A stretch of 64,000 bases of DNA from Escherichia phage QL01. This document shows positions 45,854 through 54,661 of the stretch, piece by piece. Location of the stretch: the sequence record NC_028847.1. One strand, written 5' to 3'. Numbering within the stretch: position 1 is the first letter of the stretch; every line of letters begins with the position of its first letter. A program made the position numbers and the translations under genes. The notes below the pieces were generated by a model. The model was not told the origin of the DNA. It made no database searches and saw nothing but the letters and a program-made list of their open reading frames with translations.

Positions 45854-46696
45854 TTAATCCTTAAGAAGATTTAGGATATCGATATATTTTTGACGTTCAG
45901 CCTTGGCTTTAGCATTCAGACCAGAGAGTCGGAAAATCTCATCATCTTGTTGTTGAATTGTAACATTCAAGCAAGTAAGCAAATTGCTAAAATACTCAAT
46001 CTGGGCTTGATGCTTCTCATTGCTGCGCACTGGCACAGGTTCCGGTTTAGGAGCTTGTTCTGAATGCTCTTCAGCCAGGTCTTTAATTTTATAAAGTTTA
46101 ATACGCTGACCCACCCCAGTTTCGGCATCACCAAAACTAAGAACACCGTGCTGTTCTAATTCGGACAAGGCTAATCGGAGATGGAACTTCCAGTTGTCAT
46201 ATTGACAACCACTAAAAGTTGAAATGGTATACTCATTTTCATTTCTGGGGTGGTTAACAATACTAAAGATAATCCAATCACCTGAACCATTAGTCTTAAA
46301 GGTCATTTGTTTATCTTGACCTTTTGCAAGGCGAGCACCTAGTGCTAGTAGACGTCGTTGGTTGGCATGAAGGTCTTGAACCACTTCGTCAAATGACATC
46401 GCCGGGATTAAACGACCATAGAGGTCGTAGCCTTTGTTATAATTTTTAAGAATAATTTTGGCATTAGCACGAGACAACATACCTGTTTTACGAAGAGTTT
46501 TCATGACCCGGTCTTCTAAGGTAAACGACCTGGTCTTGTCAAAGATTTTAGTGAAGTCATCTTTAACAGTACAAACGTTGAACTTGTCCCACATCATATA
46601 TAGAACCTTTTCAACCACTTCTTTAGAACTCGGAATACGACCAAATTTAACAACTTTTTTAACTTCAGAACGAATTTGATTAATTGCCTGTGACAT
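45854..46696 (-). CDS. hypothetical protein with C-terminal coiled coil
   Basis: 280 aa; starts MSQAI with same leader as 39157-39486. Confidence 0.5.
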   Translation of the reverse strand: MSQAINQIRSEVKKVVKFGRIPSSKEVVEKVLYMMWDKFNVCTVKDDFTKIFDKTRSFTLEDRVMKTLRKTGMLSRANAKIILKNYNKGYDLYGRLIPAMSFDEVVQDLHANQRRLLALGARLAKGQDKQMTFKTNGSGDWIIFSIVNHPRNENEYTISTFSGCQYDNWKFHLRLALSELEQHGVLSFGDAETGVGQRIKLYKIKDLAEEHSEQAPKPEPVPVRSNEKHQAQIEYFSNLLTCLNVTIQQQDDEIFRLSGLNAKAKAERQKYIDILNLLKD

Positions 46697-46759
46697 AATA
46701 ATTTCCTCAGTAAGTAATTAAGAACCTAGAACCATTATACCATCCTTGGTATAAAGCGT

Positions 46760-47284
46760 TTATGCGAGAACCGTCTTTAAACGCTCTTCAAATTTCTGAA
46801 GCAGAGCTTGGCGTTCAGCTCGTTGTGATTTGTACTGCTCGATACGACCTGAAGTGAGGGCGTACTGTTCGTTTACTGATTCCCGCATGAATTCAGGAAT
46901 CTCTTTACAAGCTTTGATTTCGTCAAACTTATCAATAACAGCTTGTTGTTCAGCAATCAGATTATCGAAATAAGCGATATCAGATTTAACGTTTGCCAGG
47001 TCAGATTCGGTAGGCATTAAACGTTTGTTACGTTCAGCTTGATAAGCTTGATTGGTTTCACGACTCCAGTGAAGAGTACGTTTTTTGTTAGTGTTTTTAT
47101 AGAGCTCTACAATACCAACTGAATCGATGACAACAATCCAGTTCCAACGGCTTTTGTAAATCTCTCCTCCAGATACAGTAATCTCATTACCACAAGCAAC
47201 GTCGTTAAAGAACTTGCTTTGTTTTTCGGATTTGAAATTACCATTGTTATAATTGATGAGTGAAAAAATATCTTTAGCGTTCAT
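46760..47284 (-). CDS. hypothetical protein with C-terminal coiled coil
   Basis: 174 aa; promoter cassette 47311-47339. Confidence 0.5.
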   Translation of the reverse strand: MNAKDIFSLINYNNGNFKSEKQSKFFNDVACGNEITVSGGEIYKSRWNWIVVIDSVGIVELYKNTNKKRTLHWSRETNQAYQAERNKRLMPTESDLANVKSDIAYFDNLIAEQQAVIDKFDEIKACKEIPEFMRESVNEQYALTSGRIEQYKSQRAERQALLQKFEERLKTVLA

Positions 47285-47310
47285 GTTAACCTCCAGTAGT
47301 TGATAGGTCT

Positions 47311-47339
47311 ATAGTATCATTTCTACTGGAGATGTAAAC
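47311..47339 (-). promoter_or_regulatory. early-type promoter cassette with inverted repeat
   Basis: GTTTAC, 17 nt, TACTAT; arms CTCCAGTAG/CTACTGGAG. Confidence 0.55.
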
Positions 47340-47341
47340 AA

Positions 47342-47683
47342 CTAATAGAAACTTTTTTCACCGGCTTGACCACTAAACCATGCGGATTGAGTGTTCTCTT
47401 TCCGTTGGTGTTCAATACGAATGCGATATTCATTCCTGATGGCGCAGAGTTCATCTCGGAAGTCGCCTGCCAACTTTACCTGCTTGCGGTCTAGATTTAT
47501 TAAGGCCTGGGTGTTAACGGCCAAGCGCAGTCTCCTGAAGTCTCCTCCACTACACGGATTTTTATAGAATTTCTCAGAAAACTTAGTACTACATTCATTA
47601 GTATAGTCTTCAACAGACTGTTTCATAGCTTTGGAAAAAGTCTGACCTGCGTTATAAAGATTGTAAATAAATTGTTCAAACAT
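47342..47683 (-). CDS. hypothetical protein
   Basis: 113 aa. Confidence 0.45.
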   Translation of the reverse strand: MFEQFIYNLYNAGQTFSKAMKQSVEDYTNECSTKFSEKFYKNPCSGGDFRRLRLAVNTQALINLDRKQVKLAGDFRDELCAIRNEYRIRIEHQRKENTQSAWFSGQAGEKSFY

Positions 47684-47692
47684 AATTCACCC

Positions 47693-48673
47693 TTATTTCA
47701 GAAGTGTAACTTCAGCGATTTCGCTCCAGTCATTTTTATCGGTGGCAATGAAGTCCGCCAGATAAAGAGCTGTACGTAATGATACGTTACGAAGACGAGA
47801 TACATTAGCCTTCATCCATGCTAAAGCTTGGTAAGTCTCGGCATCAGTCAGACCACGGTTTTGCATCATATCAGTGGACAGGATAACGTCTTCAACACGA
47901 ACCATAATCTCTTCGTTCGAGTGAACTCCGAGGTCTAAGTAAACTGAACGCGATACTAAAGCCTGGAGGTGTGGAGCAAGTTTAGTTCCACGCTCTAATT
48001 CACGGTCAATATCAACGTTGGTGATGAACACGATGGTGCCTTCATACTCAAATTCTTTATCGATATTTTTATCATCAAGATAAGAACTTGAAGTGCTCCA
48101 GCACACCTTACGTTTTTCACCAGTATCCAATGCTGCTTTTAACAGGTTCAGGATATCCATATCAGAGAATACATCAACATCATCAATAAGAAGAACACTA
48201 TTAGGGCCGCGGTTATTCCAAAGCTGCTCGTAAAGACCGATTCCACTAATCTTTCCGTTGATTGATTTATATTCGATAGTTTCATTTTCGTGGGCATTCT
48301 GTAATGCTTTATCCAAAGAATATGTTTTACCAATACCTGCGGCACCAGAGATGATAAGGGAACGAATTTTACCATCGATGATTCCATTAGTCATCATGTT
48401 CATTACTTTAAAACGTTTGTTAATGCGATGTTTCATTTCTTCAGCGGATTCAGTAACAACTGCAGGAGCTTCAGCACCTTCCATTTCAACGTCACATTTG
48501 AACACCCATACACCACGTTCAACACCATCAATCTGTACAAATACCTTACCATCACCGAGGTGAGCTTCGGATTCATGAATTTTATTAGGGAACCAGGTTT
48601 TACCTGAACTCATGAACGTACCGGAGATTACATTACCGCGATAGATACCTTTGTTGATTTTGATAGTTAACAT
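47693..48673 (-). CDS. AAA+ ATPase with N-terminal extra domain
   Basis: Start at Met49 because the longer ORF covers promoter 48711-48739; Walker A GAAGIGKT, Walker B LLIDDVD. Confidence 0.55.
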   Translation of the reverse strand: MLTIKINKGIYRGNVISGTFMSSGKTWFPNKIHESEAHLGDGKVFVQIDGVERGVWVFKCDVEMEGAEAPAVVTESAEEMKHRINKRFKVMNMMTNGIIDGKIRSLIISGAAGIGKTYSLDKALQNAHENETIEYKSINGKISGIGLYEQLWNNRGPNSVLLIDDVDVFSDMDILNLLKAALDTGEKRKVCWSTSSSYLDDKNIDKEFEYEGTIVFITNVDIDRELERGTKLAPHLQALVSRSVYLDLGVHSNEEIMVRVEDVILSTDMMQNRGLTDAETYQALAWMKANVSRLRNVSLRTALYLADFIATDKNDWSEIAEVTLLK

Positions 48674-48710
48674 TATATTCTCCATTTCACTCAGTAGATT
48701 TGATAGGTCC

Positions 48711-48739
48711 ATAATAACATGCTCTACGAAGGTGTAAAC
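48711..48739 (-). promoter_or_regulatory. early-type promoter cassette
   Basis: GTTTAC, 17 nt, TATTAT. Confidence 0.5.
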
Positions 48740-48762
48740 TCTTTTTTGCACTAAACCCAAAA

Positions 48763-48782
48763 AAGGAACCCGAAGGTTCCTA
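48763..48782 (-). terminator. intrinsic terminator
   Basis: Stem AAGGAACC/GGTTCCT, UUCG loop, U6 tract. Confidence 0.6.
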
Positions 48783-49022
48783 AATTGCGCTCCAAAAATT
48801 ATGGAAGCGTATATCATTTATAGCCCAGTTAACAAATTGTCTTGTCTGTTTAGGCGTAGGTTTGCACACGTACTTGATATTGACTCGACGTCCGGTTTCT
48901 TTACAGACAGCTTCAAGATACCAACGTCGGGTTTTATGGGGTCTTCCATATGATAAAAAGACCTTCATTTCTTCGTTATCGATAATAAGAGTTGTGGTTG
49001 TCAAGGTATACCTCTTCAACAA
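48780..49022 (-). CDS. hypothetical protein
   Basis: 80 aa; stop lies inside terminator stem. Confidence 0.4.
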   Translation of the reverse strand: MLKRYTLTTTTLIIDNEEMKVFLSYGRPHKTRRWYLEAVCKETGRRVNIKYVCKPTPKQTRQFVNWAINDIRFHNFWSAI

Positions 49023-49986
49023 ACTTGTCCCAGAACTTCATATCTACCTTAGCAGGCATACCGTTCTTAGATGCCTGGATGGCCAGGACTTCAACCAGGT
49101 CAACAGTGTCTTCAAGAAGTTCTTGGACCTCTTTAAATGGAAGTTCACCGGCCTTAATCAGCTTAATGATAGAGGCTTCGCGCAATGGGAATACCAGGTC
49201 GCCTGTTTGGTAGATTTCCAACAATTGATATCCAGCCCGATAAGCATGGCTCAGAGCTTTCCAATCGATACCTTCATTAGCTTCAGCCTTACGAGCACGT
49301 TCGCCATATTCAGCATCAAGCTTATTCAGAGATTGCTTGAGCTCGATTAAAGACAAAGTAGTTTGGTACTTACGTCCTAGAACAGTATAGAACGTTTGAG
49401 GGCCTGTTTTCTCATGGTTATGGAATACCCATTCACAGAACTCATTTTCAGGGAGTCTGTGTTTGATATCTTCTACCTTAGTACGACGAAGTCTATCAGG
49501 GATTCCTTCTTGATAGTCAACCCACTGTTCAGGAATCTGGTTAACGATTGCCAGTACACCACGCAGAGCAGCCAGACGAGAACCTTTAACACCATATTTA
49601 GAAGCTTGCTTACGGACGTACCCTAAATAGGCTTTCATGTTGGTTGTATAGAACCGTGAACGATTGTCTTGGATAAATTTCCATACATCAGGTAAATCAG
49701 ATTTAACCACCATTTCAGGTGGAGTGTGGAGCATATCCAGAGCAACGGTTTCGCCTTCAGCAGCCAGTTTAAAGAAATATTTCAGACTGTAAAGCTCGTG
49801 GTCAACATCATCTTTAGTGTTTTTGGAAGCAGTGTTATTCGTATTCAGGTTGGTATGGTTCATAGCCGTACCTAACAGAATATCACGCGGATGTGGAACA
49901 AAGATTTCTTTAAAATCAACATCAGATTCTGGAGTACTTGTTCCATAAAGGTGGCTACCGAAGTAGCCTTTCATAACTGTTCTCAT
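48976..49986 (-). CDS. Pol-beta-superfamily nucleotidyltransferase-like protein
   Basis: 336 aa; N-terminal GSHLYGTSTPESDVDF fits the G[GS]-x(9-13)-DxD nucleotidyltransferase signature. Confidence 0.5.
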   Translation of the reverse strand: MRTVMKGYFGSHLYGTSTPESDVDFKEIFVPHPRDILLGTAMNHTNLNTNNTASKNTKDDVDHELYSLKYFFKLAAEGETVALDMLHTPPEMVVKSDLPDVWKFIQDNRSRFYTTNMKAYLGYVRKQASKYGVKGSRLAALRGVLAIVNQIPEQWVDYQEGIPDRLRRTKVEDIKHRLPENEFCEWVFHNHEKTGPQTFYTVLGRKYQTTLSLIELKQSLNKLDAEYGERARKAEANEGIDWKALSHAYRAGYQLLEIYQTGDLVFPLREASIIKLIKAGELPFKEVQELLEDTVDLVEVLAIQASKNGMPAKVDMKFWDKFVEEVYLDNHNSYYR

Positions 49987-50441
49987 TCTTTGTCCTCGAA
50001 GTGGATTACCGGACAGACCTTAGATTTACGAGCTTTAATGTATTGAATAACGATATTTTCTTTAGTTTCTCGGCCTTCACGCTCAGCTTGAATACGTTGC
50101 CATTCCTTTTCTTCTCTACGGGCATCATACCATGCGTGTAAATTCATCGCACCGAATGCCAAACCAATGGATAGCGCAATAATAAGAGCTATTGCAACCA
50201 ATCCTAAAACAAACCCTAGACTCAACAGAACAGGGGTACTTAATACAAAGAAATGCTCTAATACACCAACACCTGCAACAGTTAATCCAAAAAGCGTACT
50301 ACCTGCAACAACAGCACAAGCAAAACAAGCCCAAACCATTTTCCAGAAGTAAGCACATAAAGAGTGCGGTCGAGAATGACTGTCATAAAAACGGTCATGA
50401 AGTTTAGCGTGCCAAGAGTTTGCATTGATAATCATAATCAT
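49983..50441 (-). CDS. integral membrane protein
   Basis: 152 aa with 3-4 hydrophobic segments. Confidence 0.5.
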   Translation of the reverse strand: MIMIINANSWHAKLHDRFYDSHSRPHSLCAYFWKMVWACFACAVVAGSTLFGLTVAGVGVLEHFFVLSTPVLLSLGFVLGLVAIALIIALSIGLAFGAMNLHAWYDARREEKEWQRIQAEREGRETKENIVIQYIKARKSKVCPVIHFEDKE

Positions 50442-50451
50442 AATATTTTCC

Positions 50452-51012
50452 TTAAGAGTTCATAGTTGGGATAACAGAGTTCAGATAAGAGACTAAAACT
50501 TTTAGTTCGTCTTTAGTAAATACCACTTCACTTTCACCATCGTGTCTTTGGGTCAAGGATAACAAATCACGGCCCTGATGTTGATACACGGTTAATTCAG
50601 TATCATAATTCAGTTCTTCTTCATCACCTTCAAAGGTTTCACTAGAACGAATCACGGCATCTTGGCCAGGGACTTTCCATTCAACTTCCGGCTTGCATTC
50701 TTCCTGGAACAGTTTGAAAATACAATCAAAGAATTTATCAGAATCGCTGATGCTCAGACATTCAATACCATTTTCCAGATTAAACCCGGTTTCATTTTTA
50801 TAGATATAGGCAAACATATCATCATTGATATCGATAGGAGCACTAGCCCGACCGTTAAGATAATCGTGTCTATCTAAAACCATTAAATCATAAAGCGGTT
50901 TAATATCAGCGATAGTCAGTACGATTTTATCGTCTTCTTGTGAAAGCTCAATTGCGTTATTAACTACTTCAGCGGACAGTTCGCCAAACAATTCAGTTGT
51001 TTCAATAATCAT
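50452..51012 (-). CDS. hypothetical acidic protein
   Basis: 186 aa. Confidence 0.45.
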   Translation of the reverse strand: MIIETTELFGELSAEVVNNAIELSQEDDKIVLTIADIKPLYDLMVLDRHDYLNGRASAPIDINDDMFAYIYKNETGFNLENGIECLSISDSDKFFDCIFKLFQEECKPEVEWKVPGQDAVIRSSETFEGDEEELNYDTELTVYQHQGRDLLSLTQRHDGESEVVFTKDELKVLVSYLNSVIPTMNS

Positions 51013-51022
51013 TTTCTATTCC

Positions 51023-51220
51023 TCAACGGTTATGTTTTAAAATACTATAAAGCTCTTCGACTTGGTCTGCATTCAGACAAATCATATCATTTTCTTGTTG
51101 GAGCGTGATTCCACCTTTTTCTTCCCAATCTTTAACAAAGACGTCATCGTCAGATTCTTCAACATCTGCTAAAAGGGCAATCACACCATCTTCAGAACAA
51201 CCATTTGGATCGTATAACAT
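51023..51220 (-). CDS. hypothetical acidic protein
   Basis: 65 aa. Confidence 0.4.
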   Translation of the reverse strand: MLYDPNGCSEDGVIALLADVEESDDDVFVKDWEEKGGITLQQENDMICLNADQVEELYSILKHNR

Positions 51221-51341
51221 TTACAATTTCCTCACTAACCATGAAAAGAATAAACCGATTAAAATAGGGCCTATAATCATTGTTGACCAAGCCCAAGGTT
51301 CAAGATAGTAAATCATCTTCAGGCTCCTGTGCCATCAGCCA

Positions 51342-51524
51342 TTATGCTTTCAACTCATTAAGATACTCAACCAAGGCCGCTTTAGAATTAGCCAAATCTC
51401 GTTTACACTGCTCTATTCCGGAATATGAATAGCCTTCGCAATGTTCTACTGCACTATCATAAGAATCACGTTCAATAGCAGTAGCTAGTTTAAGGATTTG
51501 TTCAATCTGTTCAGTAGTTAACAT
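51342..51524 (-). CDS. hypothetical protein
   Basis: 60 aa. Confidence 0.35.
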   Translation of the reverse strand: MLTTEQIEQILKLATAIERDSYDSAVEHCEGYSYSGIEQCKRDLANSKAALVEYLNELKA

Positions 51525-51528
51525 AATA

Positions 51529-51765
51529 TCACCAGTATTTGTTGATAGTAGAAATTAATTCTTGGGCTTGGGTAGTCTTCAGTTTACATCCACAACCCTT
51601 TAATGTGTCTTTAAGGAGCCACGGTTCCTTGAGCTCGTCCTTTTCTAGACGAATTCTGTATCCTCGATAATCAGCGAAGATACTTCGGTCGTCGAATATC
51701 TTAATCTCAAGGATACGACCGTTGATTTCATATTCTAATGAAACCGTAGTACTTGTAAGTTTCAT
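51529..51765 (-). CDS. hypothetical protein
   Basis: 78 aa; promoter cassette 51794-51822 upstream. Confidence 0.45.
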   Translation of the reverse strand: MKLTSTTVSLEYEINGRILEIKIFDDRSIFADYRGYRIRLEKDELKEPWLLKDTLKGCGCKLKTTQAQELISTINKYW

Positions 51766-51793
51766 ACTGTTCTCCTCATTAGTTGATAGGTCT

Positions 51794-51822
51794 ATAGTAT
51801 CATGTTCCTAGAGGATGTAAAC
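51794..51822 (-). promoter_or_regulatory. early-type promoter cassette
   Basis: GTTTAC, 17 nt, TACTAT. Confidence 0.5.
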
Positions 51823-51844
51823 ACCTAAACGAAAAAAGGTCCCA

Positions 51845-51870
51845 CCGAAGTGAGACCTTTGATTATTCTA
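51845..51870 (-). terminator. intrinsic terminator
   Basis: Stem GGTCCCAC/GTGAGACC (one mismatch), UUCG loop, U-tract. Confidence 0.5.
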
Positions 51871-52246
51871 ACGTCAGCAAATACTTAGTCTGGTAAAAGA
51901 CGCCAGTGATATCGTCCAAAGTCGACTGGATGGCCTTAGGAAGTGTATCATAGATTTTATCAGATGCTTTAAGAAGCTCGTCAAGGAAATCTACAGGGTC
52001 CTTAGGCAAGTCTGAAGCAGACGGTAATGATGCTTTATATTCTTTGCCACTGAATCCAAGATATTGCTCACTAAATTGGTCCAGCGGTCCTTGAACTTCT
52101 ACATAATAGAAGTCATACGCTTTGTGTCTTGCATAGCTTTTGGTTTCTAAATGGGCTGACTTAAAATAGGCTAAAGAAACCAGTAGCCAACCAATATAAG
52201 AATCCACTTCAGACCCTCGACTGGGTACGAAATCATTGAACTTCAT
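51863..52246 (-). CDS. hypothetical protein
   Basis: 127 aa; terminator after stop. Confidence 0.45.
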   Translation of the reverse strand: MKFNDFVPSRGSEVDSYIGWLLVSLAYFKSAHLETKSYARHKAYDFYYVEVQGPLDQFSEQYLGFSGKEYKASLPSASDLPKDPVDFLDELLKASDKIYDTLPKAIQSTLDDITGVFYQTKYLLTLE

Positions 52247-52526
52247 CTTCCACCTTCATTAGTTTTACATAACGCTCTCCGATGGCCCGACCTTCAATTG
52301 AGCACGCTTCTATAGTCCGACAACTTGAAATCTTCCAGGAAGCCGTAACATAGGCCCAATAGTCTTCGGAGGCCTTTACGCTGGGTCTACTCATTTGCGC
52401 ATAAACAGGCATCGCACTACTAGCAAATGCATCCATCAATTTATCATTGGCACCATTTGCTAGTGAAACTGTAGGGCTTAAACATCCCGCCATAAGGATA
52501 CAAGCCGCTGTACGGAAAATATCCAT
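52233..52526 (-). CDS. putative secreted/lipoprotein
   Basis: 97 aa; N-terminal hydrophobic signal with AGC. Confidence 0.4.
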   Translation of the reverse strand: MDIFRTAACILMAGCLSPTVSLANGANDKLMDAFASSAMPVYAQMSRPSVKASEDYWAYVTASWKISSCRTIEACSIEGRAIGERYVKLMKVEDEVQ

Positions 52527-52618
52527 ACAAAAGTCCTTTGTTGTTTTATACTATTTGCCTTTCGGCCTTAACCGATAGCGATTACCAAAAGCTAAAGCTC
52601 TACGGTTAGTATTATTAT

Positions 52619-52897
52619 TTATAGCTTTTTAAGCTTACGACAATAAGAATAGAACACGTCGTTAAAATTATATTCAACCCAATTCCTCTGTATAGGCGAG
52701 GTAATGGAAAGCATATAATGCGCTTTAATTAAATCCATCCCGTTTTTATTAGGACACTCTTTATTATTAGCATTATACGTCGCTGCTACAACCTCTATCT
52801 CTCTTTTGTAAGCCACATCATCCATGATAGGCGAAAGAACAATATAAGAAATAGCCACAGCGAACGCTAGAATTAAAATCTTTGAATTTAGGTCCAT
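52619..52897 (-). CDS. signal-anchored periplasmic protein (rI-position candidate)
   Basis: 92 aa; N-terminal TM/signal anchor; immediately upstream of tk as T4 rI; no motif confirmation. Confidence 0.3.
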   Translation of the reverse strand: MDLNSKILILAFAVAISYIVLSPIMDDVAYKREIEVVAATYNANNKECPNKNGMDLIKAHYMLSITSPIQRNWVEYNFNDVFYSYCRKLKKL

Positions 52898-52904
52898 AAT
52901 ACCC

Positions 52905-53477
52905 TCAACTCGTTATTTCTATCCAGTGCTTCCTGCACAATGACACGTAAGAATCGTTGCCACCTATAGAAACTTGGGCGCCGTCCTTAATTGCGATACC
53001 ATCCTGGACCCTAGCAGTCATAGTAGCTTTACGGCCACAATGGCACACACCTTTGTACTCAACGAGTTTATCTGCCGTAGCGAGTAATTCAGCAGAGCCA
53101 GGAAACAGTTTACCCTGAAAATCAGTTCTTAGCCCATAGCACATAACCGGAACATTATAATTGTCTACTATCTTTGCCAGTTGTTTTATCTGTGCAGGTT
53201 CTAAGAACTGTGCTTCATCCACAAATACACAGTGGATATCTTTTTGAGATTCAGCCCAACGATAGAACTCGTATAGGTCCATATCCGGAGTCACGGCATT
53301 AGCCTCTTGACTAATCCCTATACGAGACGAAATGCTATGGCTTGATTCTCTATTGTCTATCGCAGGCTTTAAAAGGAGTACACCCATACCGCGTTCTTTG
53401 TAGTTATGAGCGGCCGTTAGCAATGAAGCAGTCTTCCCGGAATTCATCGCCGCATAATGAAAATAAAGTTGAGCCAT
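52905..53477 (-). CDS. tk: thymidine kinase
   Basis: 190 aa; P-loop MNSGKT, FVDEAQF, C-terminal zinc motif CHCGRKA...C. Confidence 0.9.
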   Translation of the reverse strand: MAQLYFHYAAMNSGKTASLLTAAHNYKERGMGVLLLKPAIDNRESSHSISSRIGISQEANAVTPDMDLYEFYRWAESQKDIHCVFVDEAQFLEPAQIKQLAKIVDNYNVPVMCYGLRTDFQGKLFPGSAELLATADKLVEYKGVCHCGRKATMTARVQDGIAIKDGAQVSIGGNDSYVSLCRKHWIEITS

Positions 53478-53486
53478 ATTACCTTC

Positions 53487-53681
53487 TTAAAGACTATTTA
53501 CATAAGCAATTAATTCATTTTCCTTTTTAGAAAACTCATCCTCTTCACCACCTCTCCAATCCCAATCCAGAGAGTTATCAAATTCACATTCTATGTTGAG
53601 TTCCATAAGCTCATGGATAAGCTCAAACAATTTATCTTTCTGTTCTTTACTCAGACTCATAACCATTGCACCTTTAAGCAA
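53487..53681 (-). CDS. hypothetical protein
   Basis: 64 aa acidic. Confidence 0.4.
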   Translation of the reverse strand: MLKGAMVMSLSKEQKDKLFELIHELMELNIECEFDNSLDWDWRGGEEDEFSKKENELIAYVNSL

Positions 53682-53869
53682 TATTCTTCTACATGCTGTT
53701 TACGTTTATTTTTATCTATAAAAGTATATTCAACATATTCACCAATATACCATTTATCGGTGTTGTGTTGACTTTTTATAGGGCATTTAGTTACTCGTGT
53801 TTCGGTCCAGCGTCGAATAATTTCCGCTTTGTTTTTAGGGTCAAACGGATGCGGGTAATGGGCTTTCAT
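53657..53869 (-). CDS. hypothetical protein
   Basis: 70 aa. Confidence 0.4.
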   Translation of the reverse strand: MKAHYPHPFDPKNKAEIIRRWTETRVTKCPIKSQHNTDKWYIGEYVEYTFIDKNKRKQHVEEYCLKVQWL

Positions 53870-54308
53870 AATCTACCACCACTAAATTAATATCAGGAGT
53901 AAACAAATTAATCAATTGGTAAACCTTGTCCCAATCACCACCAGCAATACCACAACCAATGCGAGGGATATAAATTCTTGGTTTAAACAAAAGACCTTTT
54001 GCTTGTTGATTTAATTCTATCATACAGTTTACTAAAGCACCATAATCAAGATTAGGGCCTGGTTCGTATTGGGTATATAAATTATAGCAAATTTGGCCAT
54101 TATTACCTGTGGCTTGAGTAAACGTGCCAAGTTTTGCCAAATTACCTAAATAAGTAGTTTTATCGATAGCGAGAATAGGCGGATAAGCCTTAGCTAATTG
54201 TCCAGCTACACCTGAACCCATTGTGTGGAAACAGTTGCACCCGTGTGCAACATTATTACCTTGAAGAAACAGGGCGACGATATCGCCCTTAATATAATCA
54301 ATAATCAT
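53841..54308 (-). CDS. macro-domain-like protein (possible ADP-ribose binding/hydrolase)
   Basis: 155 aa; N-terminal IKGDIV then G-rich stretch MGSGVAGQLAKA resembling macro-domain GDIT...GGGV motifs; tentative. Confidence 0.35.
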   Translation of the reverse strand: MIIDYIKGDIVALFLQGNNVAHGCNCFHTMGSGVAGQLAKAYPPILAIDKTTYLGNLAKLGTFTQATGNNGQICYNLYTQYEPGPNLDYGALVNCMIELNQQAKGLLFKPRIYIPRIGCGIAGGDWDKVYQLINLFTPDINLVVVDYESPLPASV

Positions 54309-54661
54309 TTAGAGTTTAATCCTCGATTGTATGAGTCAACGAGTCTGTCTACCATAGACGCGCACATTTCTTTGTACTTTTTATCAGATGGAATACATTC
54401 AGTAACGTTTAGACGTTGCTCGTATCTTTTAGAAAGAGTTTTCTCTTTCATTCGGCGATGCTCTACGTCATTCTGGCCATCTTTAAAAGCAGCTGTGATT
54501 TTTGAACTGAATTCGATAATGCATTCAGTATTGCTCGGATGACAATAATCTTTTGCTGTACGGGTAGCATACTCGACAATTGAATTATTACTATCATCAA
54601 CTTGTGACGCTAATACTCCCGGAGCAATCAACATAAGCGCTATAGTCATCTGCTTAATCAT
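54305..54661 (-). CDS. secreted Cys-containing protein
   Basis: 118 aa; signal peptide MIKQMTIALMLIAPGVLASQ. Confidence 0.45.
   Translation of the reverse strand: MIKQMTIALMLIAPGVLASQVDDSNNSIVEYATRTAKDYCHPSNTECIIEFSSKITAAFKDGQNDVEHRRMKEKTLSKRYEQRLNVTECIPSDKKYKEMCASMVDRLVDSYNRGLNSK

Noticed and set aside
47693-48817. 374 aa extended form of the AAA+ ATPase ORF
   Set aside because: The extension covers promoter cassette 48711-48739; the start with a GGAGAA SD downstream of that promoter is Met49.
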